A stretch of 64,000 nt of DNA from an uncultured bacterium (GTDB taxonomy: Bacteria; Chloroflexota; UBA5177; JANWHV01). Location of the stretch: contig CAVSOU010000011.1 of the NCBI GenBank assembly GCA_963729625.1, positions 640,001 through 704,000 on the forward strand, written 5' to 3'. This document shows, piece by piece, positions 50,166 through 60,793 of the stretch (the first letter of the stretch is position 1; the number at the start of each line of letters is the position of its first letter). A program made the translations under genes and the position numbers. Under the pieces are notes generated by a model. That model was not told the DNA's origin, made no database searches, and was given only the letters and a program-made list of their open reading frames with translations.

Positions 50166-51191
50166 TCACGCTTGGTGCAGGCAGCCTGAGCGTGGGGGCA
50201 GGGACGCGGCGGCAGCGCTGCTTAAGCGCAGTAGGGCGTGCTGCGCTGCGAGCCCAGCTTGGGCGAGGTCCGCGAGCATGCCGCTGAGTGGGTGCTGGGC
50301 GCCCATCTCCGTCTGCCGATAGGCGCCGATCACCCGCACAGTCCCTTCATGCTGCCGCACAAGGGTCGTGAGCAGATTAAGCGCGTCTGCGCCAGCCCAC
50401 TGCAGGTCGTCCAGGAGGAGCAGGGTGCCCGCCGGGCCGGCGATGTTGGCCAGGTACTGCCCCACCACGGCCCGAAAGAGGAGGCGACGCTCCTGCTCCG
50501 GCCGCAGGGTCCAGGCCGGCAGCGACTCGATGGGCCTGGCAGCCAGCTCGGGCAAGAGCCGTACCAGCCAGGCACAGCCCTGGAGCCTCACGCGCAGCCG
50601 GGCGAGCGGCTGGCTTGCGATGTCGCTCTCCAGGGCCTGGAGGAGGGGCACGTAGGGTTCCTGGCCGGCCTGGCGCTGGCAGCCGCCGGCTAGCACGTGC
50701 CAGCCCAGCTCGGTCGCCCGCTCCGCCGCCGCGGCCAGCAGGCGGGACTTGCCGATGCCCGGCTCTCCGGCCAGCAGCAGCACCGGCGGCCCCTGCCCGG
50801 CGAGTCGCCGCTCCAGCAGCACCAGCTCGCGCTCTCGGCCAACCAGCGCCGGCACGGTGGCCCCGCCTGGCCTCGGCCGGACCGCAGCCAGCGGCAACTC
50901 AGCGCGCGCCTCTGGCGGTGCCGGCGCGCCGCGCGGCCCATGGCGGCGCGGCACTGCCGCCTCCAGGTCAGCCCGTTCGTGAGCCGTCAGACCGAGCGCG
51001 TCAGCGAGCAGCCGCACCGTCTCTCGATACGGCACCGTCCGATGGCCCCGTTCGTAGGCGCTGATCGCCCGCACGGACACATGTGCGCGCTCCGCCAACT
51101 CCTCTTGCGACAATCCGGCCGCCAGCCGGTGGCGCTTGAGCAGCGCGCCGAACGGTAAGTACCGACGGGACTTCGGCTCGGGTGTCTCCAT
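50166..51191 (-). pseudogene. XRE-HTH + AAA ATPase regulator, C-terminally truncated
   Basis: FGALLKRHRLAAGLSQEELAERA HTH; Walker A GEPGIGKS; LDDLQWA; ends before the GNP motif and TPR region present in the paralogue at 42271. Confidence 0.8.
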
Positions 51192-51416
51192 CGCACACGT
51201 CCATCTGCGCTGCCAGGAAACGACACTTACCGACGGGCAACCCTCGCGGCTTGCCTCCCACCATGGTATATCGGAGCAGGGCTGCCGGTCGCCAGTGTGC
51301 TGCTGCACTGTGCCGGTCAGGTGTGTGGGTGTGCCTGGGATGGGCGGCTGGCCCGGACCAGACTTGGCGTATGGACGACGCCGACCTGAGGTGACCAACG
51401 AGAAGTACTGGAGGGA

Positions 51417-51674
51417 ATGGCAATCATGAATGGATCCAGGTTCCTGCCTCGCCGGTTCAGCGGCATGCCGCTGCCGGCCCTGCTCAGCCGCTGGGGGACG
51501 CTCGTGCTGGCCTGGACGATGGCAGTCTCGCTCGGGCACGTCGGGGGCCAGGTAACGCAGGCGCACCCGGGCGCGAGCAGCGCACCGCTGGCCGGAGACT
51601 GCCTGCCACCAGTTAAGATCCTCTCCCCTGACGGGACAGCCGTGGTCTATGAGAGCCCGGCGATCTGCCCGTGA
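51417..51674 (+). CDS. Small putative secreted protein or truncated secreted-protein gene
   Basis: GGAGGG RBS; hydrophobic signal-like segment; ends LSPDGTAVVYES (PD40/WD-like fragment). Confidence 0.4.
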   Translation: MAIMNGSRFLPRRFSGMPLPALLSRWGTLVLAWTMAVSLGHVGGQVTQAHPGASSAPLAGDCLPPVKILSPDGTAVVYESPAICP

Positions 51675-52250
51675 CGTGCGCCGAGGGCTGCTGTCAGTCG
51701 CACCCGGCGCGACAGAGTCACGTGGCCTGTGATCCTCACCCTGGGGGCGTGGCGAGAGACCAGGCGGTGGAACCAACCATGTTCGACCGCCTGTCGACGT
51801 GCGCTGTTCCAACCGGTGCATGCTGCGTGCGGCATTCACCGGCGGCTTGATCATGACGAGCCAGCGCACACGAGATAGGATAGATGTCGCCCTGCGGGTG
51901 GAATGACCGTGAATGCTTATGCATGATGTTGCAAGACCCGCAGACCGATTCCTGACTACGAGTGCGGCATGAAGGAATGCACACGCCCGGGGCGCAAGTC
52001 GCGGGACACAGCGCGGTAGCGCATGGCAGCAAATGCTGGCCGTGTCGGTCGGGTCACAAGCGAGAGCGGCGGTGACGTGGCGCTCACCGCTTCTTTTCCG
52101 TCTACCCGCTCAACCTGAACACTACCTGCCTGCGCACGCAACGGCCTCTGCACGCATCCAAGCAAGCAGTCCCTTGCGTGTGGGATAGGGCCGGTCCATA
52201 CTAAGCGGGGAGATCGACGTTCGACCGTGCTCGGGGGCCGCCAATGGCAA

Positions 52251-55200
52251 ATGACGGCGAATATGCCGGCCGTGCGTGTCACGTACAACCAGCAGTATCG
52301 GCGGTGTGGCCGGCCTGGCTGCCCATCCTGTGGCGATGGCGGGCCTGGCCACGGACCCTACTGGTACATGCATTGGCGCGACGGTGGCGGCCGGCTGCGT
52401 TCGCGTTACCTCGGCAAGTATCTACCGGCACACCTGACCGGCACCGGCGCTCTAGGCGCGACGGACGTTCCTGGACTCGCCGGTCGCACTTCTGCCGCAA
52501 CTGCTGAGCAGGCAGCGGTTGAGACCGCGAATCCAGCGCTGCGCGTACGCACCCTCGGCGGTTTCGAGGTGTGGCGCGGTGTGACCGCGCTCTCGCCACG
52601 ACTGCGACGGCAGCGGAACGAGGCTGCGCTCCTCAAGCACCTGCTCGGCGCGCCGGGCTACCAACTCTCGCGCGAGCAGGTGCAGGACCTCCTCTGGCCC
52701 GATGCCGATGTGGCGAAGGGTGCCGGCCACCTGCGCACGACACTGCACCGGCTGCGGCGCCTGCTGCGCGATCCCTTATCCGGAGAAACCTACATCCATG
52801 CGGAAGGCGATCTGCTCATGCTGCGGCCGTCCGGCAAGGCGGAGCCGGCGTCTGGCTGGCTGGACGCTGCGACGTTTGAGGATGCAGCGGGCACGGCCCT
52901 GCGCGCTGAGGACGCGTCCGCGTGCCGGGCCGCGCTCGCTTGCTACCTGGGCGACTATCTGCCCAGCGACGCCGAGGACCACTGGGCTCTCGCGCGGCGC
53001 GAGGCGCTGCGGGTGCACTACCTCGCCGTGCTACTGCACCTGGCCGACCTTGCCGGTGCGCACGGGGAGGCAGAGGAGGCCGAACAGCGCTTGCGTACGG
53101 TGTTGCGCGTGGACCCTTGCCACGAGGAGGCCGCTGCGCGCCTCATGGGCGTGCTCGCAGCCGCAGACCGTGCTGTGGAAGCCTTGCGCGTATACCGCGA
53201 GCTGGCTGCGGCCCTCAGGCGGGACTTAGATGCAGCTCCTTCAGCCGACGTGGAGGCTGTGCGTGCGGCGTGCATCGCGCGGCTCGAGGCGCCACTCGCC
53301 ACTGCAATATCGGTGCACCCGGCAGCACCATCACGCCCGACGAACCTTCCACAGGCCTTGACAAGTTTTGTCGGCAGGACCGACGAACAGGACGAGATTC
53401 GCCGCTTACTGGTCGAGTTTCGTCTGCTCACGCTCGCCGGCCCGGGCGGCTGCGGGAAGACACGCCTGGCCGTGCAGGTAGGGGAGGGCCTGGTGGATGC
53501 CTATCAGGACGGCGTATGGCTCGTGCAGCTGGGTGCGTTGCCGGCCGGTGAGCACGACCGCGCGCTCGTGCCCAGGGCGGTGGCGCGTGCGCTCGGTGTG
53601 CAGGAGCAGCTCGGAGAGGCTCTGGCGACGACGCTGACGGCCTTCCTGGCACCGCGGCGGCTGCTGCTGGTCCTCGACAACTGCGAGCACCTGCTGGTGT
53701 CGTGCGCTGCCCTGACGCTCGACGCTGCTGGCAGCCTGCCGCCAGCTCCAGGTCCTGATCACCAGTCGCGAGCCGCTCGGCGTACCAGGCGAGATGCTCT
53801 TCGTCGTGCCCTCGCTCGCCGTTCCACCTGCAGATGTGCGGCCGAACGTTCTGCTCGAGTACGAGGCTGCTGCCCTCTTCCTGTCTCGCGCCAGGGACAG
53901 GAGAGGCGTCCCGGTGGAGGCATCAACCGCCCGCGCCATCGCCGGCATTTGCCGGCGTCTCGAGGGGCTGCCCCTGGCCATCGAGCTGGCGGCGGCGCGC
54001 ACGAGCGTGCTGCCCGTCGAGGCCTTAGCCGCTCGTCTGGACGACAGTTTTCGTGTGCTTGGTGCCGGCCCGCGCACCGCCTTGCCGCGGCAGCGCACGC
54101 TGTGGGCCACGCTCGATTGGAGCATGGCGCTGCTCGCCGAACGGGAGCGCCTGATGCTGCGCCGGCTTGCCGTGTTCGCCGGCGGCTGGAGTCTGGAGGC
54201 TGCGGAGGCGGCGTGCCCCGACAGCGCTTCCCAGCGGTCGGCGTCGACGAACACTTGTGTTACCGCCGACGAGGTGCTCGACCTGCTCGGCGCATTGGTG
54301 AGCAAGTCCCTGGTCCTCCTCGAGGTCACGAGCAACGAAGCGCGCTATCGCCTCCTCGAGCCGATCCGCCAGTATGCGGCAGAGGCGCTGGAAGCTGCCG
54401 GCGAGCGTGCCGTGCTCAATGACCGGCATCTGGATTGGTGTGCCTGCTTGGCCGAGCGAGCCGAGCCGGCGCTGTGGGGCGGGCCGGAGCAACAACATTG
54501 GCTGGCGCGGCTCGAGCGCGAGCACGACAATTGCCGCGCTGCGCTGCGCTGGGCGCAGGCGGCCAGGACGCACAGAGCGCGGCCTCCGACTCGCCGGCGC
54601 CCTGCGCCGCTTCTGGGACGTACGCGGCTATCGCGCGGAGGGCTACGAGTGGCTGAACTCGCTCCAGCAGGCTGCGGAGGACGACCAGGCAGTGACACCT
54701 GCGACGCGGGCCAAGGCACTCGTCGCCGCCGCGGTCCTGGCCTACGGGCTGAACAAGTATGACCAAGCGACCGTCCGTGCCGAGCAGGGCGGCGGGCTGT
54801 GCCGGGAACTCGGCGATCGAGAAGGCCTGGGCGATGCCCTCAACGTCCTCGGTATGGTCGCCAGTGACCGGGAGGACCTGGAAAGTGCGGTCCGGTCGTA
54901 CACCGAAGCGCTGGCGCTTTACAGGTCCCTCGGGATGCCGCGCCGCATCGCGGCGATAGCCTGCAACCTGGGCAACGTCGCCTTCTTCCGTGGCGACTAC
55001 CTCGAGGCCATTGCGCGCTATGAGGACGCAGCAGGTCTGTTTCGCGCGCTCGGAGACGCCATTGCCCTCGCGTCCACCCTGTCCAACTTGGGCGCGGCGC
55101 TGAACATGCAAGGTGACCTCGCGCGTGCCAAGGATGTCTTGCAGGAGAGCGTGCGCACTGCGCAGCACGCGGGTGCCGTCGCGGAGGCAAGCATGGCGCT

Positions 55201-55612
55201 CGGCAATCTCGCCGACGTCCTGCTGCTTCTCAACGACTCCGCCGGGGCGCTCGATCTGCTGCGGCAGAGCACGGCACTCATGCAGCGCAGCACCGACAAG
55301 CGCGGCACCGCCATCCTCTTGGGCAATCTCGCGGAGGCGCTGGCCGGTGTGGGGCAAGCCGGCCCCGCCGCTACGATCTGCGGCGCGGTCCTGGCCTACT
55401 GTACAGCAGCAGGCGTAGCCACGTCGAGCGCGGAATGGAGTGGACTGCGCCGAGCGCTGGAGCGTGCGCGCGCCCTGCTGGGCGAGTCTGGCTTCGCAAC
55501 AGCCCTCGCCAAGGGACGAAGACTGGCGCTCGACGAGGCGGTCGCGCTGGCGCTGGCCGGCCGCGACTCCTCCTGGGCGAACGCACAGCCCGGCGTTGCC
55601 GGTGAGCCATGA
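52251..55612 (+). pseudogene. DUF6788 + SARP/BTAD + NB-ARC-like ATPase + TPR regulator split by two +1 frameshifts
   Basis: YRRCGRPGCPSC..GPGHGPYWY (DUF6788), LRVRTLGGF, BTAD, TNLP..LTSFVGR, GPGGCGKT, LDNCEH; frame changes near 53718 and 54568 continue ITSREPL, GLPLAIELAAAR and TPRs. Confidence 0.85.
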
Positions 55613-55644
55613 CCTGGGGGCCATCGAACGGCCAGAAACGTCTA

Positions 55645-55748
55645 CGTGCACAAACGCGTGCTGGCCGTGCACAAACGGACTGGGCTGCTTTCTCTTGACC
55701 GCGACGTTGGCGCGCTGTAACGCCGCCGCGACGCCGCCAGCGTAGACT
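55645..55748 (+). promoter_or_regulatory. Candidate SARP-activated promoter
   Basis: CGTGCACAAACG twice (55645, 55666); 11-bp repeat GTAACGCCGCC/GCGACGCCGCC (55717-55738); -10-like TAGACT at 55743. Confidence 0.45.
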
Positions 55749-55802
55749 GGTTCTGCTTGGTGAAGTAGACGGCCGGGGCGCGGGCGTGCGAGGCAGGCGA
55801 CG

Positions 55803-56114
55803 GTGGGCAGTCACGAGTTGTTCATGCTGCGTGTCTGGCATCGGGCCAGTGCCCGCGATTACCCCTGGATCGGGAGGCTGGAGCATCTGCCCGACGGCAC
55901 GATCTGGATCGCCCGCAGTCCGCAAGACATGCTTGCGCTGCTCGCGCCTTTGCTCGAGAGTGGACTGACGGCGAGTGACAGGGTCGTCGAGGCCGGACGG
56001 CCGGAGCCGGTCGACGGTGAGACAGGCATGGACCAAGCCGCGGCGGGGTCAGAGGGTCGGCACAAACACGTCGATGCGTCCGTGCCGCAGGAGCACGGGA
56101 CGGTCGACAAGTGA
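55803..56114 (+). CDS. Small hypothetical protein
   Basis: GAGG RBS, GTG start; FMLRVW...WIGRLEHLPDG pattern. Confidence 0.55.
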   Translation: MGSHELFMLRVWHRASARDYPWIGRLEHLPDGTIWIARSPQDMLALLAPLLESGLTASDRVVEAGRPEPVDGETGMDQAAAGSEGRHKHVDASVPQEHGTVDK

Positions 56115-56129
56115 AAGGAGCATGTTCCG

Positions 56130-56966
56130 ATGGCGCACACAATGGGAAGGTCGGGATGGCACGTCTGCGCATGCGCGGCCATGGCACTGCTCGCCGCGCT
56201 GGCATGCGCGCCTCTCGGCTCCACGGCAGGCAACGATTCCCGGCACGACACGGTGAAGGGGACAATCATGGGCGACGAGGAGATCCACACCACGTTGCGC
56301 TTCACCAGTTCGGGCGGCTCGCAGAAGAGGCTCACGACTGTGGACAAGACGCAGAAGGAAACCATTACCCTGACCGGTGCGGTCGACGCCGAGGGCGAGC
56401 GCGTGGGGCAGTACTCGGAGACCCTATCGTGGCAAAACATCGAAGTCACGGACGACAAGGAGAGTGCGTCTTGCAACGACCATAGCTACACGTACTGGCG
56501 CAAGACGGTCGCCAAGGTCATAATGACCGGCACGTTCGCGGGCAAGGCGGCGCTCTCATTCACAGCGAGCGACCCCCAGGGACCCACGTTCAAGCGAAGG
56601 TATGACGCGAACGTGTACTATCCCGGTGACAGCTCGATCGATGTGCGGGAAGAGTCGCAGACAATTGTCAGCGGTAATCCGTGCGAAAAGAGCCCAACCA
56701 AGAGCCCCTCGCTCGTCTCTTACTCGAAGTTTTTCCACGAAGTCCTTGGTCTTGGTCTGTTCGGCGTGGGGTCTCAGGCGTTTTACCACACGGGCCCATG
56801 CAAGGAGTCCTGTGCCTTGACCGGAAAAGTGATCCGGATGGACACCGATAAGGTGCCGAAGGGCGGCACAGGCACCGCCTACACGTCGGTGCAATGGAAT
56901 CTGAAATACACATACGTGGAGCCATTGGCCCCGCTCACTAAAGGCACGGGCGGATCCAAGCGTTAG
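56130..56966 (+). CDS. Secreted hypothetical protein
   Basis: AAGGAG RBS; signal-peptide-like N-terminus; Thr/Ser/Lys-rich beta-type body with paired Cys. Confidence 0.7.
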   Translation: MAHTMGRSGWHVCACAAMALLAALACAPLGSTAGNDSRHDTVKGTIMGDEEIHTTLRFTSSGGSQKRLTTVDKTQKETITLTGAVDAEGERVGQYSETLSWQNIEVTDDKESASCNDHSYTYWRKTVAKVIMTGTFAGKAALSFTASDPQGPTFKRRYDANVYYPGDSSIDVREESQTIVSGNPCEKSPTKSPSLVSYSKFFHEVLGLGLFGVGSQAFYHTGPCKESCALTGKVIRMDTDKVPKGGTGTAYTSVQWNLKYTYVEPLAPLTKGTGGSKR

Positions 56967-57016
56967 GACATCGACGAGAGATCGTCGTGAAGGGCTGGGA
57001 AGGAGGGATCGCTCGT

Positions 57017-57229
57017 GTGACGTACAGGGTTATGCCGCGGATGGTCGCAGCCATCGTGGTCACCGCATCGGTCGTCGCGCTGCCGGCGCGGGGCACTGTA
57101 CTCGGGTCGGCACCGGGCAGTTCCCCCGTCGTGGTCAACAACTCGATCGGTGCCGCCCATCTCGGCCCACCGACCGCTAGCGCACAGGTCGCGGTGCTGG
57201 GCTCAGGCGCCACTACCGGCAAACACTAG
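57017..57229 (+). CDS. Small putative secreted peptide
   Basis: AAGGAGG RBS before GTG 57017; signal-like RVMPRMVAAIVVTASVVALPARG; 70 aa; fills the gap between two + genes. Confidence 0.45.
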   Translation: MTYRVMPRMVAAIVVTASVVALPARGTVLGSAPGSSPVVVNNSIGAAHLGPPTASAQVAVLGSGATTGKH

Positions 57230-57250
57230 GAAGAAGGGAGATCGGCAGCA

Positions 57251-59053
57251 ATGATGACCAATAGGCTTCTCATCCCCATGGTCCGGCTCGCATGCTTTGC
57301 CGCTCTCGTGATCGGCTCGGCCGGCGTGGCTCGGCCGGCTTCCGCTCGCGGCCTCAGCCTGCAACTCCTGTCTGGCAACACCGCCACGGAGGGTGTCGGC
57401 GGCGTCTACACCTGGGGCCTCAACCTCCAGGGTCAGGTCGGCAAGGGAACTACCGATCCGCAGCTCAGCCCGCTGCACGTGACTCTCGACCCAAACGACG
57501 CCAGCGTCAAGGCGGTCTCCGTCTCGGCTGGGGGCTACCACAGCCTGGCGTTGGACAGCAACGGCAAGGTCTACGCCTGGGGCGGGGACAGCTGGGGCGA
57601 GCTGGGCGACGGGGGCTCGGGGTATCAGAAGAGCCCGGTGAAGATAAAACTCGATGCCGGCGTCAAGGTGGTCGCCGTGTCCGCTGGGTATACGCACAGC
57701 TTGGCGCTGGATAGCAGCGGTAGGGTCTACGCCTGGGGTGACGACCACTACGGGGAGCTTGGCAAGCTTGACCCGGGCCAGCTGATCAGAACTCCAGTAG
57801 CCGTGAGCCTCCCCGTCGCCGCCCGCGCTGTCTCCGCCGGGTACGGCTACAGCCTGGTGGTGGGCAGTGACGGCAAGGTCTACGCCTGGGGCGCCGACGA
57901 CTATGGCCAGCTTGGCGACGGAAGCCTGCGGTCGTTCACCAGCAGCCCCGTGGCGGTGAGCCTCGACCCCAGTAATCCGACGGTGAAGGCCATCGCGGTC
58001 TCTGCCGGGGACTGCTACAGCCTGGCGATGAGCGGCGACGGCAAGATCTACGCTTGGGGCGACAATCGCCGTGGCCAACTCGGTGATGGGACGGCGAGCG
58101 CATCGCCCCAACTCACGCCGAAGCACGTGAGCCTCGTCCCCGGCGACAAGGTCACCGCGGTCGCCGTTTCCGCCGGGCAGGATCCCCTCAAGTACGGGCA
58201 CAGCCTGGCGGTGGGCAGCGACGGTCGGGTCTACGCCTGGGGCGACAATCAATATGGCCAGCTGGGTAACGGGACGGCGAGCGGGTCGCCCCAGCCCAAC
58301 CCCCTACCCGTGAACCTCGCCAACGGTTTCACCATGGTTGGTGTCTCCGCCGGGGAACGGTTCAGCCTCGCCGTGAGCAGCGACGGAAAGGCCTACACCT
58401 GGGGCTGGAACCACTATGGCCAGCTCGGCGACGGGGTGGCGAGCGAAACGCTGCAACCCACGCCGGTAGCGGTGGACCTTCCCGGCTACCCCCAGGTCAC
58501 CGCCGTCGCGGTCTCCGCTGGGGGCGGCCAAAGCCTGGCCCTGAGCGGAACCATCGCGCCGGCACCGGTGCACATTCCGACCAGTGCGCCAAGCCCCACG
58601 TCCAAGCCGATCAGCGTGCCGACCTTCACGTCGACACCTGTTCGTGCTGCGACCAGCAGGCCGACGTCCACGTCGATGCCGGTCAGCAGGCCGACCAATA
58701 CGCCGACATCCACACCCAGTGCGCGCCCACAGGGCTACACCATTCCTCTGTACCCATTCACGAAAGCTGTGCTTCCGGCAGGGGGTACCGTTTCCTTCGT
58801 TTGGGACAAGTTTTCGGGTGCCGCTGGCTACATCCTCTCGGTCCGGCTGGTCAAGCAGAGCGGACATACCCGTATCCGAGCGAACAGCAGGGTCTCGTTC
58901 TCAGTCCTTGTCTATGGACAACTCTCATACGCCTGGGATGATCGGCAATTCCTCCCAGGAGATTACCAATGCGAATTGGTGCCCATCGACGAGTATGGCA
59001 ACGCCCTCGCGCCGGGTGATTCAGCCCGATTCAGTCTCGTGAACTCCCGCTAA
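57251..59053 (+). CDS. Secreted RCC1/BLIP-II-repeat beta-propeller protein with a Pro/Thr linker and Fn3-like C-terminal domain
   Basis: Seven VYAWG.N..GQLG...P...VSAG..HSLAL repeats; signal peptide. Confidence 0.9.
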   Translation: MMTNRLLIPMVRLACFAALVIGSAGVARPASARGLSLQLLSGNTATEGVGGVYTWGLNLQGQVGKGTTDPQLSPLHVTLDPNDASVKAVSVSAGGYHSLALDSNGKVYAWGGDSWGELGDGGSGYQKSPVKIKLDAGVKVVAVSAGYTHSLALDSSGRVYAWGDDHYGELGKLDPGQLIRTPVAVSLPVAARAVSAGYGYSLVVGSDGKVYAWGADDYGQLGDGSLRSFTSSPVAVSLDPSNPTVKAIAVSAGDCYSLAMSGDGKIYAWGDNRRGQLGDGTASASPQLTPKHVSLVPGDKVTAVAVSAGQDPLKYGHSLAVGSDGRVYAWGDNQYGQLGNGTASGSPQPNPLPVNLANGFTMVGVSAGERFSLAVSSDGKAYTWGWNHYGQLGDGVASETLQPTPVAVDLPGYPQVTAVAVSAGGGQSLALSGTIAPAPVHIPTSAPSPTSKPISVPTFTSTPVRAATSRPTSTSMPVSRPTNTPTSTPSARPQGYTIPLYPFTKAVLPAGGTVSFVWDKFSGAAGYILSVRLVKQSGHTRIRANSRVSFSVLVYGQLSYAWDDRQFLPGDYQCELVPIDEYGNALAPGDSARFSLVNSR

Positions 59054-59193
59054 TGTGCCTTGTCGCCTGAAGTTCGCGCAGGTTCCCGTTCGTGACGATA
59101 GCGTCGACGGAGGTTGGCGACCGTGAAGGCCGCGTGGCAGCACACGATAGCATAGCGAGCCGGCTTAGGCACATACTGGAGGGAGGTGAACCA

Positions 59194-60444
59194 ATGGATC
59201 GGAAGCCTTTGATCCGGATCGTGGCCATCGTCCTACTGGCATCGTCGCTGCCGATAGCGCATCCGACCAGAGCGGGGAGTGCCGGTCTCGGCAACGCCAG
59301 TCTTCTGGCGGCGCATACCGCCGCCGCGCCGCGCACCAGCAGCGCGATTGGGAGTGACGTGACGGCAGTCGCGCCGGGCACGGTGGTCTGGACCTCCGGC
59401 AAACGCTCGTTTCAGCCGCAAAACGGTCCAGACACGCTTACGAACACCTTTACGGCCAGTGGGCAGGCCTATCTGCTCACCGTGGCGCTCAGCAGCGGCG
59501 ACAGCGCCGACAAGGCCGATTTCTCATTTGGCGACCTGAACAGGGGTGACCAGCAGAGCCTGTGGGTGCAGAGCGGCGAGCAACGCCACTTCTACCTCGC
59601 GCACTTCCAAGCGGGATCCATGCCCCCGCTCACGGTCGAGTCGAGCGCCGATGGCGGGCGGACGCTGACCTACGTCGTGACCGTGGAGACCCTGCCGAAC
59701 ACGCCGGCCAGCTTCCAGGGAACGATGATGGCGACGAACAATTTCGACGTCATTGCCTTGAACGTCGCCGCCGCGGGCACCTACACGCTGCACTTTAGCC
59801 TTGGCAGCAGCACGTTCGTGATCACCATCGCGCCCGGCCTCGACTATGGATGGGACCCGGACAAAAGCACCGACACCGGACGGACCACCGGCGATGGCGC
59901 TATCGCGGTCAAGCTTGTCGCAGGGCCGACCAAGTTGATGGTGAGTCCTTTTGAGAAAGGCGGCGCCTCAATGCCCTGGTCGCTGTCCCTCGCACCTGGC
60001 CTGCCCCCTGCCGCGCCCACGGGCACCGCAGCCCCCAGGCCCGCCGGCACACCGGCTCCGGCGCCCAACTTCTCCGGCAGGACCAGCCAGGGCGTGAAGA
60101 TCTCATTTTACCAGGCCGGATCCACGGTCAGCGGTCTGGCGACCTCTTTGAGCGTGCTGTGCATCACCGGCTATCCGGCGTCCGGGAGTATGATCGAGAT
60201 GTTCCCGTTCGCACCACGCGCTGTCGCGAAGATCGCCAACCACCAGTTCACGCTTAAGATACCGACCAAGAGCAAGGGCAGGTTCGCCACGCTTGCCGGC
60301 GCGATTCATGGGCAGACGGCAAGTGGCACCCTGACGGTCTACTACGACAGGAGTGCCAACGTCTATGGCTCCGGCACCGGCAACTTCGTGCTCACTGTGT
60401 ACGCATGCCAAGCGAAAACGACATGGATCGCCCAGCAGCACTGA
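59194..60444 (+). CDS. Secreted multidomain hypothetical protein
   Basis: GGAGGTG RBS; signal peptide MDRKPLIRIVAIVLLASSLPIA; beta-rich domains separated by a Pro/Ala linker. Confidence 0.75.
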   Translation: MDRKPLIRIVAIVLLASSLPIAHPTRAGSAGLGNASLLAAHTAAAPRTSSAIGSDVTAVAPGTVVWTSGKRSFQPQNGPDTLTNTFTASGQAYLLTVALSSGDSADKADFSFGDLNRGDQQSLWVQSGEQRHFYLAHFQAGSMPPLTVESSADGGRTLTYVVTVETLPNTPASFQGTMMATNNFDVIALNVAAAGTYTLHFSLGSSTFVITIAPGLDYGWDPDKSTDTGRTTGDGAIAVKLVAGPTKLMVSPFEKGGASMPWSLSLAPGLPPAAPTGTAAPRPAGTPAPAPNFSGRTSQGVKISFYQAGSTVSGLATSLSVLCITGYPASGSMIEMFPFAPRAVAKIANHQFTLKIPTKSKGRFATLAGAIHGQTASGTLTVYYDRSANVYGSGTGNFVLTVYACQAKTTWIAQQH

Positions 60445-60793
60445 GTGCATGCACGTGCCTTCCTATCTTGCCGCACGGTGGGCTCCGTATGAATAGCCGA
60501 ATGGCCGGCCCCTCGGGGCGATTCTGAGCTGGCGCAGGGTGCCCACTGTGCCAGCATGGCCTGCGGGGTGCCAAAACAATGTTGTCCGACGCCGCGGGCG
60601 ATTGGAGAGACTGCCGATACGCGCGATGCTCTTCCGCCCACGCCGGTGCTCGTTGACGCCGCTTCATATAGCACGGCACGTCCCGCCAGCTCTCCCAGCG
60701 AACACGCGCACGGGGAACATGTGGGCTCTTGGTGCAAGGGCCTGGCGGGCCCGCTCGCCGGGCCGCAGCAGGGGAAACCCCAGGGCCGCTCTG

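Noticed and set aside
50157-50180. ISL3-like terminal repeat (GGGCTGGGGTCACGCTTGGTGC) at the truncation point of the XRE-ATPase gene
   Set aside because: Only about half the positions match the IR at 45987, and no transposase sequence is adjacent.
51950-52070. Possible c-di-GMP riboswitch-like sequence upstream of the BTAD regulator
   Set aside because: Lacks the GGCAAAC...GAAA P2 consensus; only a superficial resemblance.
57400-58550. Regularly spaced nucleotide repeats (GTCTACGCCTGGGGC) as a CRISPR-like or DGR-like array
   Set aside because: They are the coding repeats of the RCC1 propeller, in frame; no cas genes or reverse transcriptase in the window.
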